Part shown: positions 1 to 9,088 of the stretch, in pieces
Position numbering within the stretch: position 1 is the stretch's first letter
Layout of the letters: each line of letters starts with the position of its first letter
NCBI GenBank assembly: GCA_963736855.1
Contig: CAVTQK010000015.1
Span: 160,001-224,000 of the forward strand
Reading direction: 5' to 3'
Source: an uncultured delta proteobacterium
Lineage (GTDB): Bacteria > Desulfobacterota > Desulfobacteria > Desulfobacterales > UBA2156
Length of the DNA stretch: 64,000 nucleotides
Notes under the pieces: generated by a model
What the model saw: only the letters and a program-made list of their open reading frames with translations
Database searches by the model: none
What the model was told of the DNA's origin: nothing
Translations under genes and position numbers: made by a program

Positions 1-420
1 ATCGAAGGGCCGGAAAAAATGGACCAGCCGGCTTTGTCCGGAAACGGCGTCGAAGGACACCCCCTGTTCGAGCGGATAGAGGCGGCAGGTGTGGGGTCGG
101 TGCTCATATACCGTGCACCCTGAAGCGGACAGAAAAACGCATGGATGTTCCACTTCCTCGGCCATCTTCAGGAGAATATCCGGAAAATATTCTTCTTTGC
201 GCAGCACGATATCCACATAGCGTTCCAGGAATACATCGGAACTGATTCCCAGCCCTTTTCTGAGTCTTAGAACATCGTATGGGTGTAAAATTAGGTTTAA
301 ATTCCGGCAACATCGGTTGAAACAACCGATTCCGGGGTGACAGCGAAAATGAAAGACCGTATCAGAGCCCAGGTACTGTCCCGGGAGGTTCTCCAGGGGG
401 ATATCTTCAAAATATTTCAT
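1..420 (-). CDS. YkgJ-family (CxxCxxCC) cysteine-cluster zinc/iron-chelating protein, runs off the left edge
   Basis: Not in the ORF track. My translation from ATG at 420: MKYFEDIPLENLPGQYLGSDTVFHFRCHPGIGCFNRCCRNLNLILHPYD...HPCVFLSASGCTVYEHRPHTCRLYP. Start overlaps the stop of the upstream gene. Confidence 0.8.
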   Translation of the reverse strand, partial: MKYFEDIPLENLPGQYLGSDTVFHFRCHPGIGCFNRCCRNLNLILHPYDVLRLRKGLGISSDVFLERYVDIVLRKEEYFPDILLKMAEEVEHPCVFLSASGCTVYEHRPHTCRLYPLEQGVSFDAVSGQSRLVHFFRPFD

Positions 421-1075
421 GTCGTTTCCGGATGTCACATAAGTGGGTGGGAAAATCCAGAACCTTGGGCTTTTTCTCAAAATCCAGGAGCATTTCCGCC
501 ACCGTCATCTTGATATTGTAGTCGGCTCCGATCTCTTTCCGCAGATTCTGCTCATAGGCTGCCAGATCCCGATAAAAGGGTGTCCGGTCGAATGGGATAT
601 AGGGGATCTGCCCGCAAGTCCGATCAAATACGTGGCATCCTGAACCTCGAAAGATCGCTTTTCCCGGCGTGTGGAGTTCGTGGGGAATGCCGTGAAGCCG
701 ACAGAGCATAGGACGCCAACCGTAAAGAATGCAGAACCTTTCTTCATTGAGAGGGCAAAATAATGGGGAAGAAAGGCCCGACTTATCAGCGGTGTCCATA
801 TGCCGGCGATAGGCTTCGGCCCGTTTTTGAACTTCCCGCCGAAGAGACGGCCCTAAGGTCATGTAACCTTCTAATAAATAAAGATACTCGATAAAGGTGA
901 AATGGTAAAACCGGGTCCGGCAGCAGCTGTCTTCACAGCCGTTGCAGATAAACCCATAGAGTGTTGCCGTTTCGCGGTAGGCCTGATCCATGGCCGCGTA
1001 CAAGCGTTTCAGGAGACGGAGATGGGGTTCGAATGTTTCCAGGGGGGCGCTGATACTTTTCGGGATAGGGTCCAC
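407..1075 (-). CDS. YkgJ-like cysteine-cluster protein
   Basis: CNGCEDSCC and CPLNEERFCILYGWRPMLCRLHG motifs. Confidence 0.75.
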   Translation of the reverse strand: MDPIPKSISAPLETFEPHLRLLKRLYAAMDQAYRETATLYGFICNGCEDSCCRTRFYHFTFIEYLYLLEGYMTLGPSLRREVQKRAEAYRRHMDTADKSGLSSPLFCPLNEERFCILYGWRPMLCRLHGIPHELHTPGKAIFRGSGCHVFDRTCGQIPYIPFDRTPFYRDLAAYEQNLRKEIGADYNIKMTVAEMLLDFEKKPKVLDFPTHLCDIRKRHEIF

Positions 1076-1084
1076 AGGACGGGA

Positions 1085-2176
1085 TCAGACAATCGGTTCC
1101 GGGAAAAAGGTTTTATGATAAAGGGCCAGCGCGTATCGGTCCGTCATTGAGGCGATAAAGTCGCAGACGATGCGTTCCCTGCTTTCCGGGAGCGGGTTTA
1201 TTTCCTTTAGCCCCATCCTTTTGAGTTCTTTTTGAAACAGGTCATCATCAGTCATGAGGCAGGAAAAAAGCTCAGAAAGAATTTTTTTAGCTTTGATAAA
1301 TTCCCGGTGGACCTGTTTGGCCCGATAGACGTTATTGTATAGGAAGTGCCTTAGTTCGCTCATGGCCGCATAAACCTTATCGCTCATGTTCAAGAGAAAT
1401 TGTCCATCAGAGGGAGTACTGGTATGGATGACATCTATGATCATGGTGGTGGCTCTTTCCAAATGGTTATTCCCCAGCACCGTAACACAGGATGTCGGAA
1501 CCTGGTCTTCATGGATGACCCCACTGCGAATGGCATCTTCCAGGTCATGATTCAAATAAGCGATGATGTCCGCGATGCGTACGACCCGGCCTTCGATTGT
1601 ACAGGGGAGTTCATTCAGATCATCCGGAATGATTTTTCCATAACCTTTGGAATGCTTCAGAATGCCGTCTCGGACTTCAAAGGTCAGATTAAGCCCCATG
1701 CCATTATTTTCCAGGATATCCACGACTCTCAAACTTTGTTTATGGTGCGAAAATCCGTCGGAACAGATTTCCTTGAGAATAACTTCCCCGCCGTGTCCGA
1801 ACGGGGGGTGGCCCAGATCATGAGCCAGGGCGACGGCTTCCGCAAGGTCTTCGTTCAAGCGCATGGCGCGGGCGATGGTGGTGGCGATCTGAGCCACCTC
1901 GAGGGTATGAGTCAGCCGGGTTCGGTACTGATCCCCTAAAGGAGATAGGAATACCTGGGTCTTGTATTTTAGTCTCCGGAAGGCATTGGAATAAACGATT
2001 CGAAACTTATCCAGCTGAAACGCCGTCCGGACCGGGCAGGGAGGCTCGGGACGTAGTCTCCCTCGGGTTTTGGAACTGAGGCATGCGAAAGGAGACATGA
2101 ACCCGCATTCGCGTTTTTCGAAGTCTTCTCGGATGGATTTGGTATTCATCAAAAGCCGGGAGGAAACCTTTTTCAC
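1085..2176 (-). CDS. dgt: Deoxyguanosinetriphosphate triphosphohydrolase-like HD protein
   Basis: FRRLKYKTQV, RTRLTHTLEV, HDLGHPPFGHGGE, ADIIAY..HD, DFIASMTDRYA motifs. True start may be ATG near 2149. Confidence 0.9.
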   Translation of the reverse strand: MKKVSSRLLMNTKSIREDFEKRECGFMSPFACLSSKTRGRLRPEPPCPVRTAFQLDKFRIVYSNAFRRLKYKTQVFLSPLGDQYRTRLTHTLEVAQIATTIARAMRLNEDLAEAVALAHDLGHPPFGHGGEVILKEICSDGFSHHKQSLRVVDILENNGMGLNLTFEVRDGILKHSKGYGKIIPDDLNELPCTIEGRVVRIADIIAYLNHDLEDAIRSGVIHEDQVPTSCVTVLGNNHLERATTMIIDVIHTSTPSDGQFLLNMSDKVYAAMSELRHFLYNNVYRAKQVHREFIKAKKILSELFSCLMTDDDLFQKELKRMGLKEINPLPESRERIVCDFIASMTDRYALALYHKTFFPEPIV

Positions 2177-2230
2177 CGTGTTTTATCGGAAGATTATTCC
2201 AGATGTCGACCATCGAGTAAAGGATTATTT

Positions 2231-2383
2231 GATGGCTTCTTAAAAAGTCCATCTGCTGCGTTGCACTGCATCCTTCGTCATTGCGGCGTACCCATATGTA
2301 CGCCTCATTCCTCAGGATTTGCGTGCCTTGCATCTGAAGCTTTTTACTTTGTCTTCCTAATTTTGAGTTTTTACGATTTCATC
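2231..2383. mobile_element. MITE-like element, type A copy 1 (153 bp)
   Basis: Ends GATGGCTTCTTAAAAAG...GTTTTTACGATTTCATC, flanked by ATTT on both sides. Near-identical to 46240-46403 and 52750-52902. Confidence 0.85.
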
Positions 2384-2505
2384 ATTTGTATCCGATTCAA
2401 AAAATCAGTATAATCAAAAGAAATCTAAAGATCGACACTCGATGGGTAGAAAGAGCATGTAGCCCGATCGATGCAAATATCCGAGTCGTAGAAGGGAATA
2501 CCGGG

Positions 2506-3057
2506 GTGCAAGGTCACCATCTCATACTTGGCGAACAAGTTGACTTCTTGACCGGAGAGGTGTTGAAAGATACCCATGATGAACGGTATCGTCAACAAAT
2601 TGCGCGCCTTCTAGTTCAGGATAAAGGGTATTCAAAACGCGAGATTACACCCCGGTGCCCCTTGCGGATTGAGGCCGGAGAAAAGCAGGCCATCATCACC
2701 ATTGATTTCAAGGTAACCCTTTCAGAGAAAGATTGCATGGTGATCCGGTACGGCCCCGGTTCTTTGGTGACCCGGAGAAGGGCGGTTTTAGCCGCATCCC
2801 GCTTGCTTTCCCCGTATCAAATCCCGGTGGCCGTGGTCACCAACGGTGAGGACGCCGAAATTCTTTCAGGAACAGACGGGAAAGTCCTGTCCCAGGGACT
2901 GGAATCGATTCCTGCCCGGAATGAACTGATTCAAATAGCCTCTCACCATGCTTTTGAAATTATAACCACCCATCGGGTGCAGATGGAAAACCGGATCCTG
3001 TATGTCTACGAGGTGGATGGGTGCTGCCCGTGCGATGATAACATCTGCAGGCTGTAA
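2506..3057 (+). CDS. Stand-alone type I restriction enzyme HsdR N-terminal-domain-like protein
   Basis: DTHDERYRQQIARLLV..KGY, TIDF, AVVTNG pattern typical of HSDR_N-like domains; C-terminal CCPCDDNIC. GTG start at 2506 inferred (ORF track starts at 2386). Confidence 0.6.
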   Translation: MQGHHLILGEQVDFLTGEVLKDTHDERYRQQIARLLVQDKGYSKREITPRCPLRIEAGEKQAIITIDFKVTLSEKDCMVIRYGPGSLVTRRRAVLAASRLLSPYQIPVAVVTNGEDAEILSGTDGKVLSQGLESIPARNELIQIASHHAFEIITTHRVQMENRILYVYEVDGCCPCDDNICRL

Positions 3058-3063
3058 GGAAAA

Positions 3064-3573
3064 ATGGTAGCTGCCCATCACACTTTTTTCATGGAACAAG
3101 CACTAGAAGAGGCCAGAAGAGCACTGCGACAGGGAGAATTTCCCGTCGGATGCGTCATTGTCATCAAAGAGCAGGTCATTGCGACGGGCTTTCGCCGGCA
3201 AACCAGGGGTACCCGGGCCAGTGAAATCCACCATGCGGAAATGATTGCCCTTGAGCGATTGACGAGTGCCGATTTAATGGATCCCGCCGGAACGATCACC
3301 CTCTATACCACTATGGAGCCGTGCCTGATGTGTTACGGTGCAATACTGCTCAGCGGGATCCGGAAAGTCGTCTATGCCTATGAAGATGTCATGGGAGGTG
3401 GTACAGGATGTGACTTGACGCGGCTTTCGCCGTTGTATCGGAGCCGTCCGGTGGTCCTCGTGCCCAATATCCTTCGGGAAAAAAGTCTTTCTCTATTGAA
3501 GATCTATTTTAAAAATCCTCGAAACCGTTATTGGGAAGGGAGCCTCTTGGCCAGATATACCTTAAGTCAGTAG
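3064..3573 (+). CDS. Zn-dependent nucleoside/tRNA deaminase (TadA/CDA family)
   Basis: GEFPVGCVIV, HAE, TMEPCLMC motifs. Confidence 0.85.
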   Translation: MVAAHHTFFMEQALEEARRALRQGEFPVGCVIVIKEQVIATGFRRQTRGTRASEIHHAEMIALERLTSADLMDPAGTITLYTTMEPCLMCYGAILLSGIRKVVYAYEDVMGGGTGCDLTRLSPLYRSRPVVLVPNILREKSLSLLKIYFKNPRNRYWEGSLLARYTLSQ

Positions 3574-3739
3574 AACTCAAAGGGCCTCCGGAAAAGGCTT
3601 CACAAGGGTTCCCGGATGCACTTTTTACTTGCATTTCGCAATCTTCTTGTATATCAGCGTCAACAAAAAGCGACTTCCCCCGATTGAAAACCGGAGGGAG
3701 CACCCAGAGGAATAACCCATATGAAGACAGGAGGTGGCA

Positions 3740-4261
3740 ATCGTTAACCCAAAAAATCAAGACCAGGCTCATGTGAATCAATATATCAAGGCCAAGGAGG
3801 TTCGGGTCATCGATCCCGAAGGGAATCAAATGGGGATCATTCCTCTCTCAAGGGCGCTGAGTGCAGCGGCTGAATTCGGGTTGGATCTGGTGGAGGTCAG
3901 CCCAAACGCGGACCCGCCTGTATGTAAGATCATGGATTACGGCCGCTACAAATATGAGCAAACGAAAAAAAAGCAGGTCGCCAAGAAAAAACAGAGCACC
4001 TTTCAAATCAAGGAAATCAAAGTCAGGCCAAAGACCGGTGAACATGATCTGCAGGTCAAGATCGGCCACATTCGAAAATTCCTCGAGAGGAAGGATAAGG
4101 TAAAAGTTTCAGTCCTTTTCCGGGGTCGAGAGATCACCCTGGCGGAAAGGGGGATGGAGCTGTTAGCCCGAATCTCACACGAAGTGGAAGATATCACTCA
4201 CGTGGAACAGGAGCCGAAATTCGAAGGTCGGATCATCGTCATGGTGCTGGCTCCCAAATAA
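3740..4261 (+). CDS. infC: Translation initiation factor IF-3
   Basis: VRVID..G.QMG, DLVEVSPNADPPVCKIMDYG, KEIKVRP, FRGRE. Likely non-canonical ATC start at 3740 after the AGGAGG SD at 3729-3734. Confidence 0.97.
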   Translation: MVNPKNQDQAHVNQYIKAKEVRVIDPEGNQMGIIPLSRALSAAAEFGLDLVEVSPNADPPVCKIMDYGRYKYEQTKKKQVAKKKQSTFQIKEIKVRPKTGEHDLQVKIGHIRKFLERKDKVKVSVLFRGREITLAERGMELLARISHEVEDITHVEQEPKFEGRIIVMVLAPK

Positions 4262-4293
4262 ACCAAAGGCTCGGGTTTGATTTAAAAATAGTG

Positions 4294-4322
4294 TTGCGTA
4301 TGGGTTGATCTTCTTATAAAAT
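4294..4322 (+). promoter_or_regulatory. Putative sigma70 promoter in the infC-rpmI spacer
   Basis: TTGCGT-17 bp-TAAAAT. Confidence 0.4.
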
Positions 4323-4328
4323 TAGGTT

Positions 4329-4379
4329 TAGGTGGCGTGAGCTTGAGAAAGGATGCCATGCTCACGCCATCTATTTTTT
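4329..4379 (+). terminator. Intrinsic terminator/attenuator-like hairpin
   Basis: TAGGTGGCGTGAGC / GCTCACGCCATCTA 14-bp stem (one G-U) followed by T6. Confidence 0.6.
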
Positions 4380-4578
4380 ATTATAATGCCCCGTTTTTGC
4401 ATCGAGATAAAGCTACTGCTTTCAGGCCAAGACTCGAGTCCGATCTTTATCCTGAAAGAATTGAATGGGCTGAGGGACAAACAATTCAAAGCCTTTTGAA
4501 TTAAGTTCCCTCGAATCCCTGAACCCTTAGGTCGCCGGCTTTAGCCGGTGAGCAGGTTACTTTTAAGCGAGGTAGAAT

Positions 4579-4776
4579 ATGCCGAAAATCAAGACAAACC
4601 GTTCAGCGGCAAAGAGATTTAAGAAGACGGGAACAGGCAAGTATGTCTATTCCAAGGCTTATGGAAGCCACATTTTGACTAAAAAAACCAGGAAGCGAAA
4701 ACGTTCATTGCGCAAAAGCCGGGTCGTTTCCGGTTCCAATCAAAAAACGATCCGGCTCCTTTTGCCCAACGGATAG
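4579..4776 (+). CDS. rpmI: 50S ribosomal protein L35
   Basis: [21 protein letters not shown]. Confidence 0.97.
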   Translation: MPKIKTNRSAAKRFKKTGTGKYVYSKAYGSHILTKKTRKRKRSLRKSRVVSGSNQKTIRLLLPNG

Positions 4777-4792
4777 AAGAGAGAGTGATATT

Positions 4793-5143
4793 ATGAGAGT
4801 TAAAAGAGGGTTTAAAGCAAGAAGACGTCGGAAAAAGGTACTCCAACTGGCCAAGGGATTCCGGGGTGGCCGGAGCAAGCTTTTTCGCACGGCGGCCGGT
4901 GCAGTTGACAAGGCTCTGATGTATGCCTACCGGGACCGGAGGACAAAAAAGAGGAATTTTCGAAGGCTTTGGATCGTTCGAATCAATGCGGCGGCCCGCA
5001 TGAATAACCTGTCTTACAGCCGATTCATCCAGGGGATAAAACGTGCCGGTATGGCCCTGGATCGAAAAGTGCTGGCGGATCTTGCAATATCCGACCCTTC
5101 CGGGTTTTCTCAGATCGCCAATCTGGCGGCTCAACAGGGATAA
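4793..5143 (+). CDS. rplT: 50S ribosomal protein L20
   Basis: [39 protein letters not shown]. Confidence 0.98.
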   Translation: MRVKRGFKARRRRKKVLQLAKGFRGGRSKLFRTAAGAVDKALMYAYRDRRTKKRNFRRLWIVRINAAARMNNLSYSRFIQGIKRAGMALDRKVLADLAISDPSGFSQIANLAAQQG

Positions 5144-5212
5144 CTCTTTAAATGTGTTAAAAACCGCCAGAAGCCGAATCTGTTTTATAGAACGTCTGGT
5201 GGCGGGTCCATA

Positions 5213-6268
5213 ATGAAGCCGCAGTCATTCAAAAATCGGGATATCTATCCGTTCGGGGATCCAGTGGACTCCATTCAAAACGTCCGGGAACATGCTTTCA
5301 AAGAACTGAAGGCGTCAACAGATGCTGAGGCTGTCAGTGCTCTGACAACCCGATATTTAGGCCGGAAAGGGATCCTTACAAAGCTGTTGCGCAGCGTTTC
5401 GACGCTTCCACCGGATCAGAGGGCTACATTCGGCAAGGAAGCCAATGCTCTTAAAGGTATCCTGGAGCAGGCGCTTAAGGAAGCCTTAGAGCGATTCGAG
5501 AATTCCGCAGAAAAGAAGGAAGACTGGGTGGACATTTCCTTACCCGGTCGGGTTCCCGCCATCGGTGCTTTACATCCCCTCACCCAGGTCATGGGAGAAA
5601 TCTGCGATATCTTTTTAAAAATGGGATTTGACATCGCCGAAGGACCGGAGGTGGAAGCCGATTACTATAATTTCGAAGCGTTGAATATCCCCAAGGATCA
5701 CCCGGCCCGGGACATGCAGGATACATTCTATGTCTCTGACAACATTGTGTTAAGGACCCACACGTCTCCGGTTCAGATCCGGACCATGAAACAGCAACGT
5801 CCCCCGGTGAGGGTCATCGTACCTGGTAAGGTTTTTCGTTGTGATTCGGATCTGACCCACACCCCCATGTTTCACCAGGTGGAAGGGCTCCTAGTGGATG
5901 AGGGTGTCTCTTTCGGGGATCTGAAAGGAACCTTGACCGCTTTTGTGCACCAGATGTTCGACGAGCAGACGACGCTGCGGTTTCGCCCCAGCTTTTTTCC
6001 TTTCACCGAACCGAGCGCCGAAGTGGATATCGCTTGTGTAATGTGCCGGGGAGCAGGCTGCCGGGTTTGTTCCCACACCGGCTGGCTGGAGATTCTGGGA
6101 TCGGGCATGGTTCACCCGGCCCTCTTCGAAAATGTAGGCTATGACCCTGAACAATACACGGGATTTGCTTTCGGCATGGGTGTAGAACGGATTGCCATGC
6201 TGAAATACGGCATTGATGACATCCGTAAATTTTTTGATAACGACGCACGGTTTCTGATGCAGTTTTAA
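5213..6268 (+). CDS. pheS: Phenylalanyl-tRNA synthetase alpha subunit
   Basis: [42 protein letters not shown]. Start may be GTG at 5264. Confidence 0.98.
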   Translation: MKPQSFKNRDIYPFGDPVDSIQNVREHAFKELKASTDAEAVSALTTRYLGRKGILTKLLRSVSTLPPDQRATFGKEANALKGILEQALKEALERFENSAEKKEDWVDISLPGRVPAIGALHPLTQVMGEICDIFLKMGFDIAEGPEVEADYYNFEALNIPKDHPARDMQDTFYVSDNIVLRTHTSPVQIRTMKQQRPPVRVIVPGKVFRCDSDLTHTPMFHQVEGLLVDEGVSFGDLKGTLTAFVHQMFDEQTTLRFRPSFFPFTEPSAEVDIACVMCRGAGCRVCSHTGWLEILGSGMVHPALFENVGYDPEQYTGFAFGMGVERIAMLKYGIDDIRKFFDNDARFLMQF

Positions 6269-6270
6269 AC

Positions 6271-8685
6271 ATGAAGGCGAGCCTAAGCTGGTTGAAAACA
6301 TATGTGCCCATCGAAATGGGTGCTTCCGAGCTGGCCGATGCCTTGACGATGGTTGGCTTTGAAGTGGAATCGGCCACCGACCGGTTCGATTTCATGAAAG
6401 GCATCCTGGTGGGAAGGGTGACGGAAGTCAGGCCGCATCCCAACGCCGACAAGCTGAGAGTCTGCGATGTGGATGCAGGAGGACGCCGGTTAAAAATCAT
6501 CTGCGGGGCTCCCAATGTCCGACAAGGGATGCTGTCCGCCGTAGCTCTTCCCGGGATCCGGTTTCCGAACGGAACCGTGCTGCGAGAATCGTCCATCCGA
6601 GGCGTCGTTTCCGAAGGGATGTTGTGCAGCGAGAAGGAACTCGGGCTGGGAGACGATGCCTCCGGAATCCTGAAGCTTGACGCTTCTCTTAACCCCGGCC
6701 AGGAGCTCGCTCAGGCCTTAAAGCTTTCCGATACCGTTTTTGAAATCGGTGTGACCCCTAACCGGCCCGATTGCCTGGGCATGATCGGAATCGCTCGTGA
6801 AATCGCCGGGATTCAGAGGTCTCGAATAACTTATCCGGACGTGCGCATTGATGAGGATGACGATCAGATCTCGACGCTGGCCTCAGTGACCATTGAAGCT
6901 CCTGAGCACTGCCCTCGATATGATGCCCGTCTCGTTTTCGATATCAGCATCGGTCCCTCCCCGTTCTGGCTTCAGGATCGCCTATTTTCTGTAGGATTGA
7001 GGCCGATCAACAACATCGTGGATATCACGAATTTCATCCTGATGGAGACCGGACAGCCTTTGCACGCCTTCGATTTCGACCGCCTTGCCCAACACCGGAT
7101 TGTGGTTAAGACCGCCAAAGAAGGTACACGATTTATTACACTGGACCAGAAAGAACGAATCATGTCTTCGGATACCCTGATGATCTGTGACGGGGAAAAA
7201 GAGGTGGCGATTGCCGGGGTCATGGGAGGGATGAACTCGGAGATCACAGAGAAGACTACACGGGTGTTGATCGAAAGCGCCTGCTTTGATCCGGTAAGCA
7301 TCCGAAGGACCGCCAAACGGCTGGGAGTCAGCACCGAAGCCTCCCATCGATTTGAACGAGGCGTAGACCCGGAAGGGGTTATTTTCGCCCTGAACCGTGC
7401 GGCCCGGCTGATGAGCGAGCTTGGTGGAGGAAGGATTGTCAGCGGATGGATCGATGCCTGTCCGAAAGAGATTTCAAAAAGGGAAGTCACCTTGAGCCTT
7501 TCCCGGACAAACCATCTGCTGGGAACCGGTTTTACTCAGGAAAAGCTTAAAACGCTTTTAGAATCCATTGAATTTCGTGTCACTCCTATTGATGAGGACC
7601 GTCTGCAGGTTCTTGCGCCGAGCTTCCGGGTGGATGTCAAGAGGCCCGAAGACCTCATGGAAGAGGCGGCCCGGCTGTCGGGATACCAGCATATTCCGGT
7701 GACGTTTCCTTCCATTCCCCCCGTTCAAAGGCGTCGCAATCCATCTTTTTGGATCAGAGACGTCATCCGGCGATGGATGGCGGGCTTTGGCTTCCTGGAG
7801 GCAATCAACTATAGCTTCATCCATAGCCGGTTTGATGACCATCTGGGGCTTCCGGAGAACGATTTCCGACGAAAGACCATGCGGATTCTAAATCCCATTT
7901 CCGATGAGCAGAGTCGGATGCGGACCACGTTGATCCCGGGTCTTCTGGGTTCCCTCCAGAGGAATCTGGCCCAGCAGTTCCGATCCTTGCGTCTTTTTGA
8001 AACGGGAAAGGTGTATCTCCCCCAAAATCCGGATGACCTTCCCCAAGAGACGGAAATGCTCGCCGTGCTGTGGACCGGTTTCCGTTTTGAACCCGGATGG
8101 TACGGCAAAGAAACCCCTTGCGATTTTTTCGATATCAAGGGTACAGTAGAAGGGTTGGGGAAGGCTATCGGGATTAGAACTATCGAGGTTGCACCGATGC
8201 CGGATGATTTCTGTGCCTACCTGAAACCCCATCGTTCAGCCATGGTCCGGACTGAAAACCAAGATATCGGATGGATGGGAGAGATGCGTCCTGAGACCCT
8301 GACGCCCTATGATATCCACCAGGAAGTTTTCATTGCCGAACTGAACCTTGATGCCTTGTTGCCCTTCACGATGCTACATAAAAAAGCTGAGCCCATTTCC
8401 CGGTTTCCCGCAGCGACCCGAGATTTTACCCTCATTGTCGATAAAAGGGTCCTGGCAGGGGAAATTCTTCAATGTGTAGCATCCGCTGGTGAAAAATGGA
8501 TTGAAACCATCCGGCTTTTTGATGTATTTGAAAAAGATCCTATCCCGGCAGGGAAAAAAAGCATCTCCTTTCGGATTGCTTACAGAAGCCAAACTCGAAC
8601 GTTGGAGGACAAAGAGGTGACCCAGGTGCATCAAAAGATATCGGATATGCTCCTGAAGACTTTTGATGCCTCACTGCCGGAATGA
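6271..8685 (+). CDS. pheT: Phenylalanyl-tRNA synthetase beta subunit
   Basis: HPNADKL, TPNRPDCL, GQPLHAFD, RFERGVD; C-terminal FDX-ACB domain. Confidence 0.98.
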   Translation: MKASLSWLKTYVPIEMGASELADALTMVGFEVESATDRFDFMKGILVGRVTEVRPHPNADKLRVCDVDAGGRRLKIICGAPNVRQGMLSAVALPGIRFPNGTVLRESSIRGVVSEGMLCSEKELGLGDDASGILKLDASLNPGQELAQALKLSDTVFEIGVTPNRPDCLGMIGIAREIAGIQRSRITYPDVRIDEDDDQISTLASVTIEAPEHCPRYDARLVFDISIGPSPFWLQDRLFSVGLRPINNIVDITNFILMETGQPLHAFDFDRLAQHRIVVKTAKEGTRFITLDQKERIMSSDTLMICDGEKEVAIAGVMGGMNSEITEKTTRVLIESACFDPVSIRRTAKRLGVSTEASHRFERGVDPEGVIFALNRAARLMSELGGGRIVSGWIDACPKEISKREVTLSLSRTNHLLGTGFTQEKLKTLLESIEFRVTPIDEDRLQVLAPSFRVDVKRPEDLMEEAARLSGYQHIPVTFPSIPPVQRRRNPSFWIRDVIRRWMAGFGFLEAINYSFIHSRFDDHLGLPENDFRRKTMRILNPISDEQSRMRTTLIPGLLGSLQRNLAQQFRSLRLFETGKVYLPQNPDDLPQETEMLAVLWTGFRFEPGWYGKETPCDFFDIKGTVEGLGKAIGIRTIEVAPMPDDFCAYLKPHRSAMVRTENQDIGWMGEMRPETLTPYDIHQEVFIAELNLDALLPFTMLHKKAEPISRFPAATRDFTLIVDKRVLAGEILQCVASAGEKWIETIRLFDVFEKDPIPAGKKSISFRIAYRSQTRTLEDKEVTQVHQKISDMLLKTFDASLPE

Positions 8686-8725
8686 TTTTCCTTAAGGGCG
8701 ACTCCTAGTGTGCCGACCGTGAGGC

Positions 8726-9088
8726 TTGAGGGTGAAGCGCATTTCATTGCCCGATAAGATCTATTTTAAGATCGGGGAAGTAAGCAAGATCGCCGGTGTG
8801 CCTCCCTATGTGCTGAGATTCTGGGAAAATGAATTCAGAAAGATCAGACCCAAGCGCACCCCCACAGGCCAGCGTCTCTATCGGAAAAAAGACCTTGAAC
8901 TGATCCTGACCGTCAAGGAACTTCTTTACGACAAGCAGTTCACCATTCGCGGTGCCAACCAGTATTTGAATGCTATGAAAGAAGAAGAAAGGGCCGAGGG
9001 GATTTCCCCCTCGACCCTGGATACGATCAAATCGGAGCTTCGTGATATTTTGTCGGTTCTAAGGGATGATCCGTCCTCCCGGCCTTAA
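8726..9088 (+). CDS. MerR-family transcriptional regulator
   Basis: YFKIGEVSKIAGVPPYVLRFWE..F..IRPKR..GQRLY; usual position downstream of pheT. Confidence 0.88.
   Translation: MRVKRISLPDKIYFKIGEVSKIAGVPPYVLRFWENEFRKIRPKRTPTGQRLYRKKDLELILTVKELLYDKQFTIRGANQYLNAMKEEERAEGISPSTLDTIKSELRDILSVLRDDPSSRP

Noticed and set aside
2007..2333. ORF MQGTQILRNEAY... and similar ORF pieces at 46215-46328, 52876-53079 and 62013-62195
   Set aside because: They read through the MITE/REP sequences or antisense to real genes and show no protein motifs.
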